This document shows positions 26,779 to 39,300 of a stretch of 64,000 nucleotides of DNA, in pieces. The notes below the pieces were generated by a model. That model saw only the letters and a program-made list of their open reading frames with translations, had not been told where the DNA came from and ran no database searches. Every line of letters begins with the position of its first letter. Positions within the stretch are counted from its first letter, which is position 1. Origin of the DNA: Intoshia linei. Taxonomy: Eukaryota > Animalia > Orthonectida. Location of the stretch: assembly GCA_001642005.1 (NCBI GenBank), contig LWCA01000012.1, positions 1 to 64,000 of the forward strand, in the 5' to 3' direction. The translations under genes and the position numbers were made by a program.

Positions 26779-29700
26779 TTAATTGTAAATATTGGAGATG
26801 GAGCTTGTCCTCATAGAGTAATTTGATGGAGCAAATGGTTTATACTTTTCTTTTAAATTGCTGCAGCTTGTGTACATGTCCCTGTCTGTACTTTTATAAC
26901 TGAATCCGTTCAATTTTTTAGATTTTTCAAATTTATATTTTAAATTGTGATTTTTAGTGTCATATTTGCTTTTATAGTTTAATTTCGATTCCGTATCCGA
27001 TGAGGATATAGATGGAGAAGAGTAACTCAATATGTTTCTTGAATATAGAACCTTTTTTAATGTATCGCTGCTATTATCGCTATCCTGAACCTTTCTATAT
27101 GGTTTATATTTTTTGTTTTTTAAATTTGTCCCTTTACTTTTTCCAGATTCTTGAATGTTTGATGGCAATTTAATCATATTTTCAAATGTCCAATTCAACT
27201 GTCTAACTTCATGTTCGTGGCGCTTTTTTGTTTGATTCAATTCATTCAACAATTTGTCGTTGGTATTCATTAGTGCCCTAAAATTTATATTTTTACAAAC
27301 AAAATTAAAATTTAATACGAATGACTTTCTTTTATAATTTTTGTCATTTCTTTAAATTTGTCCATATTTTCAACTTTTTTTAGTTCAGCCTGACAACTTT
27401 TTTCAGATTGAGCTAGATTAAATTTAATAATATTTAGGCCTTAAATTTTAAGGTTTTACCTCTTGGGATGCATTCAGTACATTCAATAATTTCGTTTATT
27501 TTTTCTATTTTTTTATTTTCAATGTTTATAATATATTTTGTTACCTTTTAAAATGTTTTCAATTTTGTATGGAACATTTACATACAATTTTATTGTACTC
27601 AATATGTTGATCACTTTTTTATCTTCAAATTTATCAGTATGTGAAGTTTCTTTCGTATGAACATTTTTTTCTATTTTTGTGTGACCATTTGTCTAAATTT
27701 TATAATTTATAATGCATTGCAATGTTTTAAAATTCGGTTTTAATTTTTTTAATTATACCACTTTTTTTGAGTTTAATACCCAATTTTGAACGGGGTCTAA
27801 ATTTTTTTTATTATGGTTTCTTTTATATAATTTATATACTTGAATGTCTAGTAATATAAGCTTTTGCTTTGTAGTTTCGTGAATTTTCCACTTCTTTCAT
27901 GTAACTAGGTTTCTGGTTTTGTGTTATTTTTTTTTCTCTAAATTATTTTTACTACTTTTATATTTTAGTCATCTTACTCCAAATTATGTTGACAGTTTAG
28001 TTTTTCTTTGTATGTTTTGTAAACATATTTGTAGTTTTCTTTCAATGTTTCTAATTTTTATATTTTTATCATCCCTTACTTCTATAAAAATGAATGTCTG
28101 TGTATCTGTCTGTTACCGTTTATTTAAAAAATTGACAGTCGTATGATTTTCAAAATCCAAATTACTAATACAGTTTTACTCACTACGTGTTTATATCTAT
28201 TTCAAGTTCATTTCTTGAGTCCTTCAAAGTCAAAACCCAATTTCTCTTTTTTAAAAAAAAATCAACCCAAAAATTTAATAAAACATGCCTTCTGAGACGC
28301 GTTTTAAAATCATTAACATTTTCGTTAATTTTAGCCTCAAAAACGCATACCTTCATGGTTAAATCTCAAATTACCCTTTGTTTTAAAAATAAAACATGCC
28401 CTAAAATATTATAAAACATAAATTCTGCCATAGTTTTTAAAATTATCAGCATTATCATAAATGGTAACCTCAAAAAAGATAATTTTCACGATCAAAACCA
28501 CAGATTACCATTTATATTAAAAAAGTATAATATATTTTTATATATAAAAGACTAAGAGTTCTACAGCACAACCAGAACATAAATTTCAAATCGTTCCTAT
28601 TACTGCTCTGTAAGCGTTATAGGTAAACCTTATAGGTTGTCATCACAATTTATTTTTATAAACTTAAAGTTCTTTAATTTATCATATTTAAAATTTGATA
28701 TTTTTAAAATACAAAAAGTTGGTGGTCATTTTAAGAATTAAAACATTTCAATCACACCATCTTGTTCGCAATAAAAAGTTTCATGTTTACCATAGGGCTA
28801 CTTTTATTAGTTTGAATAAGGACACAGGTTATTAACTAAACATTTCAATTTTTAAATTTGATTCTAGCTCGATTTTTGTGATTTTTATCGACGTTCAAAT
28901 TTCGGTTATTTATACAATAATGTGTATAGACGTTTTCAAAATACAGTCGATTCTGTACTATATGAACATCCTAGAATATGAACTCAGTTTAATATGAACA
29001 CGACAATTTTGTTTGAACAAACATTGATTGAACATTTCGAAACTCTTAATTATTAGCGCCATTCATATATGTTCATATTACAGTATAGTATAAACACGAT
29101 TAAAACCTGGTCTCTTCATGTTCATATATAACAGAATCGACTGTACCATTTCAAATTTACCACAATGTTTTTTTGGAAAAAATAAAGTTAAATTTAAAAT
29201 TATCGATATGATTTTCAAAAGGCTATTTAAAATAATGATCGCAACTCGAATCGGTATCTTTGCAACACCCCATTCTAGATTATTTTATATATCATGATAA
29301 TACACAATTTCCGCAATAATCGCTCTTAATTCTTTTATGGGTGTGACACCCTAATGGTCATATTAAATATGTATAGTATATTACTGAAATTAGTATTTAT
29401 AATTACCGTTTGTTTTATCTGTTGTGGATAGAGAACTAGCACAGTAAGTTTTTTCTAGTTCAGCTAAAATGTATGCATAATATTAAGGTTCTACATTCAA
29501 AATTTTGTTAAGTATTAGTTTGTACATTGTAAAATAAGGGTGGAATAATTTTTGTCATGCAAACTTGGATCAAAATTATACATGTCCAAAAATTGAAAAT
29601 CTTGGCTTGACTTGGATGAAAGGTTTGGAGTGGTTTCCAAACATTAATGTAATTTTAAACTATAAAATTACGTTTATCTGTGAATATGCTGGCTGAAGGT

Positions 29701-30793
29701 ACAACTGTTTCCTTCAAACTAATTGTATCGAAATTTTTATGATTATTTTTCCAAAAGGCCATAGTTTCGTATTTTGAATATGCTAAAATACGCGTATTTA
29801 TTAATTAATGGATGAGTTTTTCTAGAAAAACCTTAGATTGATGAAAAAATTAAATGTTTGATAACTGGTTAATAAATAAAATTTAAATTACCAGTCCTAG
29901 GTTTAGACAATTCGTTGACTTGGTTTATACGTGATTGATATGTAGGCTTTTTGGGTATTTCTAGCTTTATCTCATTTTCAATTTTCAAGTTTAATTTATC
30001 CTTTTCTTGTAAAGCCAAATTCTTTTCTCTTTGACTTATTAATCGATCATCTATAATTTTGCATTAGATTTAGGTTGTGGATATTTTTGACTAATTTTCT
30101 TGATTTATAATCGATTAATTATAAAGATTAGTCTTTTCTTACAAATTATAACTAAATTTTTTTTTGGTTATTTTTTAATGTCATGTTCATTGAAAATTCA
30201 TGAAATGATAAGTATGGATCAATTCAATTTGTCAATGTTATTCATGGATCATAGAATATTATACTGTATTATTTTTTTAAATTTATGATAAAATTTACCC
30301 AACTTTTGTAAATTTGGCAAAATATTAATTAAAACAAATCGATATTGAATAGTTTGATTTCTTGAAATTGGATTTAGTCGAATATCCACATCTTCTAGTA
30401 GAGTATTATACCTCAAACGTTTAATTTCGTCAACAGAATCGATGCAATTGTAATATCTTTTTTTTAAAATATAATAAAATCTTTAAAAAAATTAAATAAA
30501 TGATGTAACAAATACATGTTCAATTTCATCAAATTTTGCAAATGATTCAAGCCCTATAATTTATTTATTTTGATTTTACATTAAAATATATAACTTACAG
30601 TCAATTCTTGAATAGCATTTCTAGAAATATCGAGTGACTTTAAATTGCAAAAATTTATGAGTGAAAACCCTAAACATTTAATTTTTGTTCCAATAATGTA
30701 CGATCCAGGCAAATTTAAAGATTTCACTTTAATTAAATTGTTTTTGTCTATATTGACATGTGATAGAATCCATTCTTGGGTAATGGTCGTCAT
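26779..30793 (-). CDS. CEP72: Centrosomal protein 72 (LRR N-terminus, C-terminal coiled coil); internal exons only partly traced
   Basis: LNLPGSY...LKSLDISRNAI..GLNHLQNLMKLNIYYNCIDSV...DVDIRLNPI...YRFVLINILPNLQKLDDR and C-terminal ALMNTNDKLLNELNQTKKRHEHEVRQLNW match CEP72/LRRC36 family motifs. Exons 30599-30793, 30516-30553, 30299-30456, 29892-30050 traced. Confidence 0.85.
28944..29143. mobile_element. pogo/Tigger-like MITE (200 bp) in a CEP72 intron
   Basis: TA TSDs; TIR CAGTCGATTCTGTACTATATGAAC / GTTCATATATAACAGAATCGACTG. Confidence 0.9.
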
Positions 30794-33700
30794 TTTGTAA
30801 TTGAATTATTTGATTTATAATTTAATTAAAAATGTGAATCAAATTGTAAATTTAAGGTAAAAAATACTGAATTTTGATGCTCTGTAATATTTACGTTAAC
30901 TACTCATATAATAGTTCATAATTTGGATCTAAATTTGTTTTAGTGTTTCTATTGATTGAGTAAGTGCATAATTGTAAATCAACAATTTAATGTCTAGGAA
31001 AAATTAAAATTTTATTGGTATTCAGTTATGATTCATTGATTAATCAATTTTTTAATGGTAATTTCAATCTATCAACACGAAGAGTTTTACAAATGTAAAA
31101 TTCTTTTGAAAAATATTTAGTTTTTTAAGTTTATTTCAAATTATTACAATTTTATTTATCAAATATATATTGACCTGTAAAGGGTACCATTTTTATCATT
31201 TTATGATTGACGTGATTGATATATATTAACACTCCTTCTACGGTGTCGTTTTGATTGATATCTTGGTCTATATAGGTGTTTTATATGTAAATATAAAATA
31301 AAATTAATAAATATAATGCCTGGTAATCAGTATTCAACTTTTTTATGTATAAAACAGAGTTCGTTACTAGGCTACCCAAGGATTTTAATTTACGTACATT
31401 TCCACTATTGTACAGCTTCATTAAAGCTAGTTTAGAGTACCTAGTTTAGTGGTGTATAGGTTTACTCGAGATTAATCTACTCTGTAACTGGAGGCAAACT
31501 ATGAAAACATTTTGAAATTATCTAAATGATTTTAATTTGGCGGGAAATACGCAAATAATATACGAAACAGGCCTAATTTTTCAATTTTAAGTGACCTCAA
31601 AACGTACCACAATGCATCAAATGTGAAAATGTTATGCAATTGATTAAATTTTTATTGTATGAAAAAAAACTTGGTGAACTGTCTATTTTTTAATTTATTT
31701 CCATTTCAATGTGTATGCATTTGTTCCGAGTCATAATTGTTATGGAATGTCTTTTTAGTTTTCATTATTCAATTATAAATAATGTACTACTGCATGAATA
31801 TACTTTATACGTATTAATAAGCATAACAAGGTTTATAAAAACTTGCTTAAATTTTATTACGGAACATTGAACATTCATTAATGAATTTAATGTACTTTGT
31901 TCAGTAAAATAAATGGTAAATTGCATGCAAGAAATTCAAGATTTATAAAATGTTTAATTTTTACTAATTTGTTTCGAATAGCATTTGTGAGTTACGGTCC
32001 TACTCTAGTTTTTGTAATAACCTGTCTTTAATAATAAATAACAACATTTTAATATAAATACAATATAATATAATAATTAATACAAAAATGTTAGGATAAA
32101 TATGAAAGATAACTTCATTTTATGTATAATCAGCTTTTATTTTGTTTCTATGGATAATTATGTTGGAAATTCCTTTGATGTGTTTATCATGATTTGTGAA
32201 CAATTTTGTTTTTTTAAATTAATTTCTAGCTAATTTATTTTGTTTTTTTAAAGATGTTTGAATACCTCATAATTAACCCCAAAAACTATACGTAAAATCC
32301 TTACTTATATAATATGCTTTTTTTTCTGTATGTGTGTGTGTTATGGTTTATTCCAATAATTACCAGTCTTAGAATTTTATAAAGTCCAATTTCAATTACA
32401 GTTCTTTCCGGGGTGTTAGCAATATAAATTTCAACATCCAAAAATCACATCTTACGAGTCAAAAAGTATAATATTAGTAATAATAGTATTAAGTAGTAGT
32501 AATAAATAGTATAATAACACAATTATAATTAAATTGATTCTAATTTTGAAAAAATTTGAAAACAAGAAATTTTGTAGCAATGATAAAAAATTAAAGTAGT
32601 CAATTTATGAGATTGAAACCCATATTTCTGTATTTTAAATATGCATAAGTTATTATACCATATTTTTTGAAATTTTAGGATCAATATTTTTAATTTTAAT
32701 TTGAAAAATATTGATTGATAATTATCAACTATTATAATATATATTAATAATTATTTTTGACTGAGATTCCCGGTCTGGGAATGGGTAGATTTTTGAAGTT
32801 GAAGTTGAAAAAAATGTTTTTTTTACACAAGTACATTTTTATATATAAAATTGGTACGAATTTAAGTTGAATTTACCAAGCAAATATAAATTACAATTGT
32901 TTATAATTTTTGAACATATATTTTCAACTTTAATAGTTAATTTACTAACATTAATGAATGTCGAAAATGATCTTTCACTAAGTTAAAGGTCAATATTATA
33001 CCGTTTCATAAAAAAAAATTTGAAAATATTTTGGACATTTCTTGCAAACTTTCAAATGATGAAATCATTTGAATATTCGACATTTTTAAAAATTTTATAA
33101 ATTCAGATAAAATTTATTTATCAATTGAAAATCGGTATTATTTAAATTTACTAACACAAAAACGGATTATTAAAATTTTCAATAAACTAACTGAAATCAT
33201 AAAATGAAAACTTTAAACTTCTAGATGTGGGGTTTTTTTAGAAAAAAATTAAAAATATTAATATCATTTTGCAGCAAATTAAGCAACGCTCATTTTCTAT
33301 ATATGTCATTTTTATATTAGAAAAATGGAATAGCCCTATTGTACATTGTACTTTAGGCTGTTTCGAAAAGGAATGAATTTTGGAAAATATAAAGATTTAT
33401 CAATAGAAAACATGAAAAATTATCTAAAAATCACATTCTGATAAAAATTTTTTATTGGTTAACAAAAAAACCTCTCTGGTCAGACGCTTGAATTCCCTAA
33501 ATCGGTTAAAACTATGCAATTTTGTATATACATTGATTTGACAGGCTAAATTTTGTATATATGAGGCTAGTATATATGAAATTGGGAGGTTGAAATTTAT
33601 CTTATACGTCCCGAAAAAAATTGTAATTGAAATGTGGACTTTATAAAATTCTAAGAAGGATAGTTATTGAAATAAAGCGTAAGACAGACCAACAGACATA

Positions 33701-34869
33701 CACACACACAAACAAAAATCACGTAGCATATTATATAAGTTATATACAAGAAAAAATATTTCACTAAAATTGAAACTCTAAGAGGTTTTTTTTTAAATTC
33801 AAGCAAAAGGGTTTCGTAATAATTTAATTTTATCTGAAAAATCATGTTTTCTATTGATAAATTTTTGTTTTTGTGATTTTGGAAACATCCTATTGTACAT
33901 AGTATGTAGTTTTGTATTGACATGGATACATTATTGAGAAAAAACTGATTGACCTTCAAATAAGCGCATTTTTAAGTTAATTGGTGCATTTACAATCAAA
34001 TTAAATTAAATATTGTTATTTTGATTTAATTTTGTTGAAATTTCTTCTTTTTTACGATATATTAAATTTAGTGTTTTAACCTGAGCTCAGATCGAAAACC
34101 TGATATGTTAATATTTTTTAAATTGATTTGATTAAAAATTTAGTAAAATCTAACCCTGAAATAGATGTCTTTCTGTAATGAGAAAGTTTTTGCATATACA
34201 ATACAATTGTATAATATATATATTATACAATTTTTTTTGTATTCTGGGAGAACCACGTAGATTTTAGTATATTTCTGTATATACTATTTTGTAGTTTGTC
34301 TGTAAAGTCTAAAAGTTAGTTTTTTTAGAGTTTGTTGGAATTATGCTTTTGAATTTCAAATTTTGAATTTTGATTCTGAATTTTGCTTAAATGACATTAA
34401 CCAACTTTTTATATCAGTATATCAGAAATTTAAATGTGTAGTAGATTGAAAAAATAAATAACCATATTCTTCTTTGTAATCCGAACCGTCATTAGTGGCC
34501 CATACAGTATATATCGTGATATTTTTCATCTTATAATTAACAAATTATAATTTTTAAATATTTAATGAATATCTAGTTTTTCGTTATTTACTGTGGATAT
34601 TGTACATATCTTTAAACTTGAACAATTCAAATTTTCATACAAGTTTAAATAGTTACTGTAAACTACGCAAACATAAAAAAGTGATAGGTTATACAAGTAT
34701 TGACCAGTTTGAGCAATATCGCTGTTAGTGGGGATGAGAATATAATAAAGATATGCGATGACATAAAAGGGGTTTATTACAATGTATAATAATTTTATTA
34801 GGTTGATTAATTAATTGGGTTGATTGGACCAAGTAATAATCTTTTAGGTTTCCACAATTTGTTAAAACA

Positions 34870-36180
34870 AAAAAAATGGAGAATACAGATTTTTAAAAGG
34901 TTACAGGAAACTTACTAAAATAACCTGTAATACAATATATAATATTTTTGAAGGATGCATAATATGCATTGGATATCCGCCTGTTAACCAAAGATCTATT
35001 GTAATAATAAACATGGAAAAAATATTTACAAAGTTAGATTTTAAATCGGGTTATTGGCAAATTCCTATCCAACAAAATCATCATAAAAAACAGCTTTTTC
35101 TTATGGATATCGAAGTATTCTAATTCAGTGAATTGGCTGACAAATGCATCGGCTACCTCTCAACGTATTATGGACAAAATATTATAAGATAATGCTGCTG
35201 ATTATATGGATATTATAATTTTTCCATGTGATGTTAGGGAACATAAGAAGAACCTTGAAAAGGTGTTCAAGGCTATACAAAAAGCTAGATTGAGATTACA
35301 TTAATCAAAGTGTATCATGGGAGAGACAGAAATGAGATTCAAAGGATAAATTAATGAAAAAAATTATTGGCGTTAAACCAGAACCAGAAAAATTTTAATC
35401 AGTAGAAGCACCAATAAAAATTAGACTAGCTCGATCTTTTATGGGAATAACCAATGAACACCGTCAGTTTAACCAACATTTTACAGATATTACTTGGCCA
35501 ATATAAGAAGCCATCATAAGGATATGTAAATATACACAGTAATGTACCATTTCTTTTGAATCATTTAAAGAGGAATTCTCAAAAATATCAACATTCTTGA
35601 TGGAAAAACAGGATGAGCCATTTACTTTAGAAGCAGACACTTCTAATAATGATTTTCGAACGGTACTAAAACAAGATGATCATCACGTGTACTATGCAAG
35701 TCGCATTCTTTTAGAAACTACATCAATATAGAAAAACAATTATCAACGATAAATTGGAAGGAAAAAAATCAGACATTATGTGTACGGATCACATTCAATC
35801 TAAAACCCTCACTAAGCGACAATTCAGTCAAATTAACAAATCGCAAGATTATTATTTCAAAATATTATAGATAACTTAGCATCATAGCGGACTCTTTGTC
35901 CAGGTATGCAACAATTTCGAGTAGAGCAATTATCAGAAAAAATGGTGCGGGTGTTAAAGTTGAACAGAATAACCATTATATCATGGTCGATGAGGCGAAG
36001 TTTCGTGTTACCAATAAACCCATAATAAAAAAAACGATCTGAGTAAACTAGAAAAAAGATTTTCATTTCTAAACAATATTTAGCAAAGAAGAGATTACAT
36101 TGTCAATTACAATTCCTGAAGCTCCAATTTAACTTATTAAGAAAGACATCTACATCATTTCAACCTAGGCATACTGAAAA
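34870..36180 (+). mobile_element. Degenerate Ty3/Gypsy LTR-retrotransposon pol fragment (RT-RNase H)
   Basis: FTKLDFKSGYWQIPI, GLTNASATSQRIMD, degraded YMDII, FTLEADTS...VLKQ...YYASR; many stops and frameshifts; no LTRs identified; limits approximate. Confidence 0.85.
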
Positions 36181-36396
36181 TTTAAAAAATTATAATGTGC
36201 AATTAACAAAGTAAGTAATACTTGTTCTCTTTCACACGTCTTGATTTATTTAAGATTACAAATAATTAGTAAAATGTATATTTTATTGTACATTGTACAA
36301 TAATATCCGCATTGTGCAAAAGTAAATAATTTGAAACAATTATGGTCTACAACCAATAAACACAATATATCGATTACCATTAATAAAATTATTATT

Positions 36397-39300
36397 ATGG
36401 TAAAATCAATTGTAAAATTTCAAAAGAATTTAGCAAATGATGATATGTGGAAATCTATGTTGATCAATGAAGGCGTAAATGGTATTTTTAAAGAATATCC
36501 AATATTTTTAATATAACATTACAAATTAGAAATTGGAAATTTTTCAAAATAAATCAATTTTTTTCATATTTTTAATAGGAAAATTATATAAAAGTGTATA
36601 ACTTGAAAAAATAACCTTGCATTAAGGTGTTCCACGGTATCAAACTAATTAAGTTCATATAGGAATTCAATGATGAAAAAATTTTTCATTTTATCTTTGT
36701 TTTGATGTCGGCATATACTTTTCAATATCTTGAAATTATTATTATAGTAAAATAAACAACAATAAAAATTAAAACTCAAATGTATTTTTAAAAATTAAAT
36801 TTGCGCCTTATCTATGGTACATAAAGTTTTTGATTTGATATAATCAAGTTTGAAATGCGGCCCTAACCTGTATAATATACAGTTTATAAGATACAATAAA
36901 GCCAAAATTGTATATCACTACTAATATTAGTATTAATAATATATAACGTAGTCATTGATGTATATCAAAAATGGTGTGGAGCATGCAGTGCCTTAAATAA
37001 TCAATTAATGACAACTATGTTTGATAAAGATATTGAACTCAATTTTTATTCGGTATATTAACCAATTGAGGAATATTCTTTATTTTTAAATGAGATTTGT
37101 TGTAAAATTTAAAATATATATGTGGAATTGCATTGTATTTATTACACCACATGTCATTTTTGCACTAATGAATTACAAAAGAAATTAAAAGCCAATAAAT
37201 TTTAGATTTTTAACTTAAATAATTAACTATAGCACAGGTTTTTGTGATATTCAAATTATTTAATATTATCTATCGCACAGGCTTTTGCGATTTTATAATT
37301 TATTCATATTATCCATCGCACGTACTCGTGCGTAATAGTTTTGTTTATATTTGGCCCGCTAATTAATTAAACAAATTAAGTTTGACACTCCGGCTCTAGA
37401 AACAACTTCTTATCTTAAAATTAACTTTAGTCAATATTTTTAAACATAATATTAATATACATATGTATCCTATGATTTACTATGTGATTCTATATAAGGA
37501 AATTCATAGAGAGGAATGTTTAAGGTCTATTTTTCAGTGCGGTTAATCCGTCTATTGCAGCGGTTCGCAACATAATTCGCAGTTGGTACCCCTAAACAAA
37601 AAAAAATATAATTTGGTACCCCATAATAATTTCTATTTATTGTAACTATGATACCATGTGAATTAAAAAAAATCAAATAAAATAAATAGTTAGTTAAACT
37701 CTACTTTATTAAAAATAGATACATAAATGTATTATGAAATTTTAAAAATATTTATAATTTATTAATCATAAGGTGTGAATCATAGGATGAGACGAACTGG
37801 CATGCCAAAATAATTTATGGTTCCCCTAGGGGGTACCAGCACCCCAATTTTAGAACCGCTGCTTTATTGTGTCATTATATGACTAAATCTACTCTTAGTA
37901 CAATTATTATATGACCCATTAGCAAAATCAGATTTTGAGAAAATAAAATTATTATTTAAAATTATGTACTATAGGCATGTGTAGAAGATATTGAAGACTT
38001 GACAAAATTCAAAGGACACTGCATTCCAACAACATTACTATTTTCGGTTAATTAATATATACTTTTATTATGAACTCTTTTCCGCTTTGGCATTGCATAA
38101 TATGAAGTGCATATGCAGACCAATAATATAGTATAGCGGTTTCACATCCAATGATTTATATACGCATCATTCAAAATTTTCAAAATAATTAAATAGTTTA
38201 TATCGCCCATTGGGTGTCTTCCAAAATAAAAATACTTAAATCAAACAATTTTTAATAATAATTACAATTTAACAACTCTTTAGCTATAAATTTAGTCTTA
38301 CCAACCCTACTCGAAAAAATCTAGTTTACTAACCCTTTAGGGAAAAATTTGGTTTTACTAATCCTCACAGGAAAAATCCAATTTTACCAACTGACATGCG
38401 ATTCTAAAACACGCTCTGTTTTCATGTTGTGTATTGAATTAGATTGCTTTATACAACTATTAAATTCCATTTAGTTTACAAAATATCAGTCGGTATGCTT
38501 ATCAAGCCTTACTTCCTTGTTAATGTATTCCTGTAACTATATTTAAACTACTTTAACTAAATAATCCAACCCTTAAGGAAGAAATCCCTTTGTACCAATA
38601 TTTTTTTAAAAATCCATTTTTACCAAAGTTTTAGAATAAAAACTACTCTATCTGATTCCAAAATAAAAAATCCAATTTTACCAAACCTTAACGAAAAAAA
38701 TCGCTTTTATCAAAATTTTTATGAAAAATTCTATTTTACCAAACTTTTAGATCAATAATTCCTCTAACTGATTTCATAAGAAAAAACATGATTTTAAAAA
38801 AAATTGAAAAATCACCTTTTACTAATATTTTTTTGAAAAAATATTAATCATTAATTTTTCGGTAAATAATTAATAATAATTGGACAACAGAAAAAAGTTC
38901 TATTAAAAACTAGTGGAAGACATAAAAAAAATAAAAATAAATATGTAAATATTAATAATTACATAAAAAAAGATATCAGTGACTGCCTTGATTTTGTGAG
39001 CCTTCGCTAACATTTGAGAAACTGGGGCAAAGTCAAGAATGTAACTTTTTAATTAAAATATTTTAAATAGACCTTGAATAAAATCTCATTTTATCTTTTC
39101 AATTTGAAGTAAAATGATATATTTCATTATGATCAGAAGTATTGCCCACGGCCGCACGTTGTTCACCCCTGGTCTAGACGAAGTAATACAAACTGTATTA
39201 GTAAAATTTATTAAAAACATCAAAGTAAGTGTATATTAAATAATTGGAATAAATTAAAGTTTTTGAATTAAAGAATTAAAAACAACTCGTTTATCGTTAT

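Noticed and set aside
31150-34530. Possible further minus-strand gene (exon-like pieces near 31180-31268, 33000-33085, 34463-34529)
   Set aside because: Pieces contain stops and could not be joined in phase; at best a degraded relic
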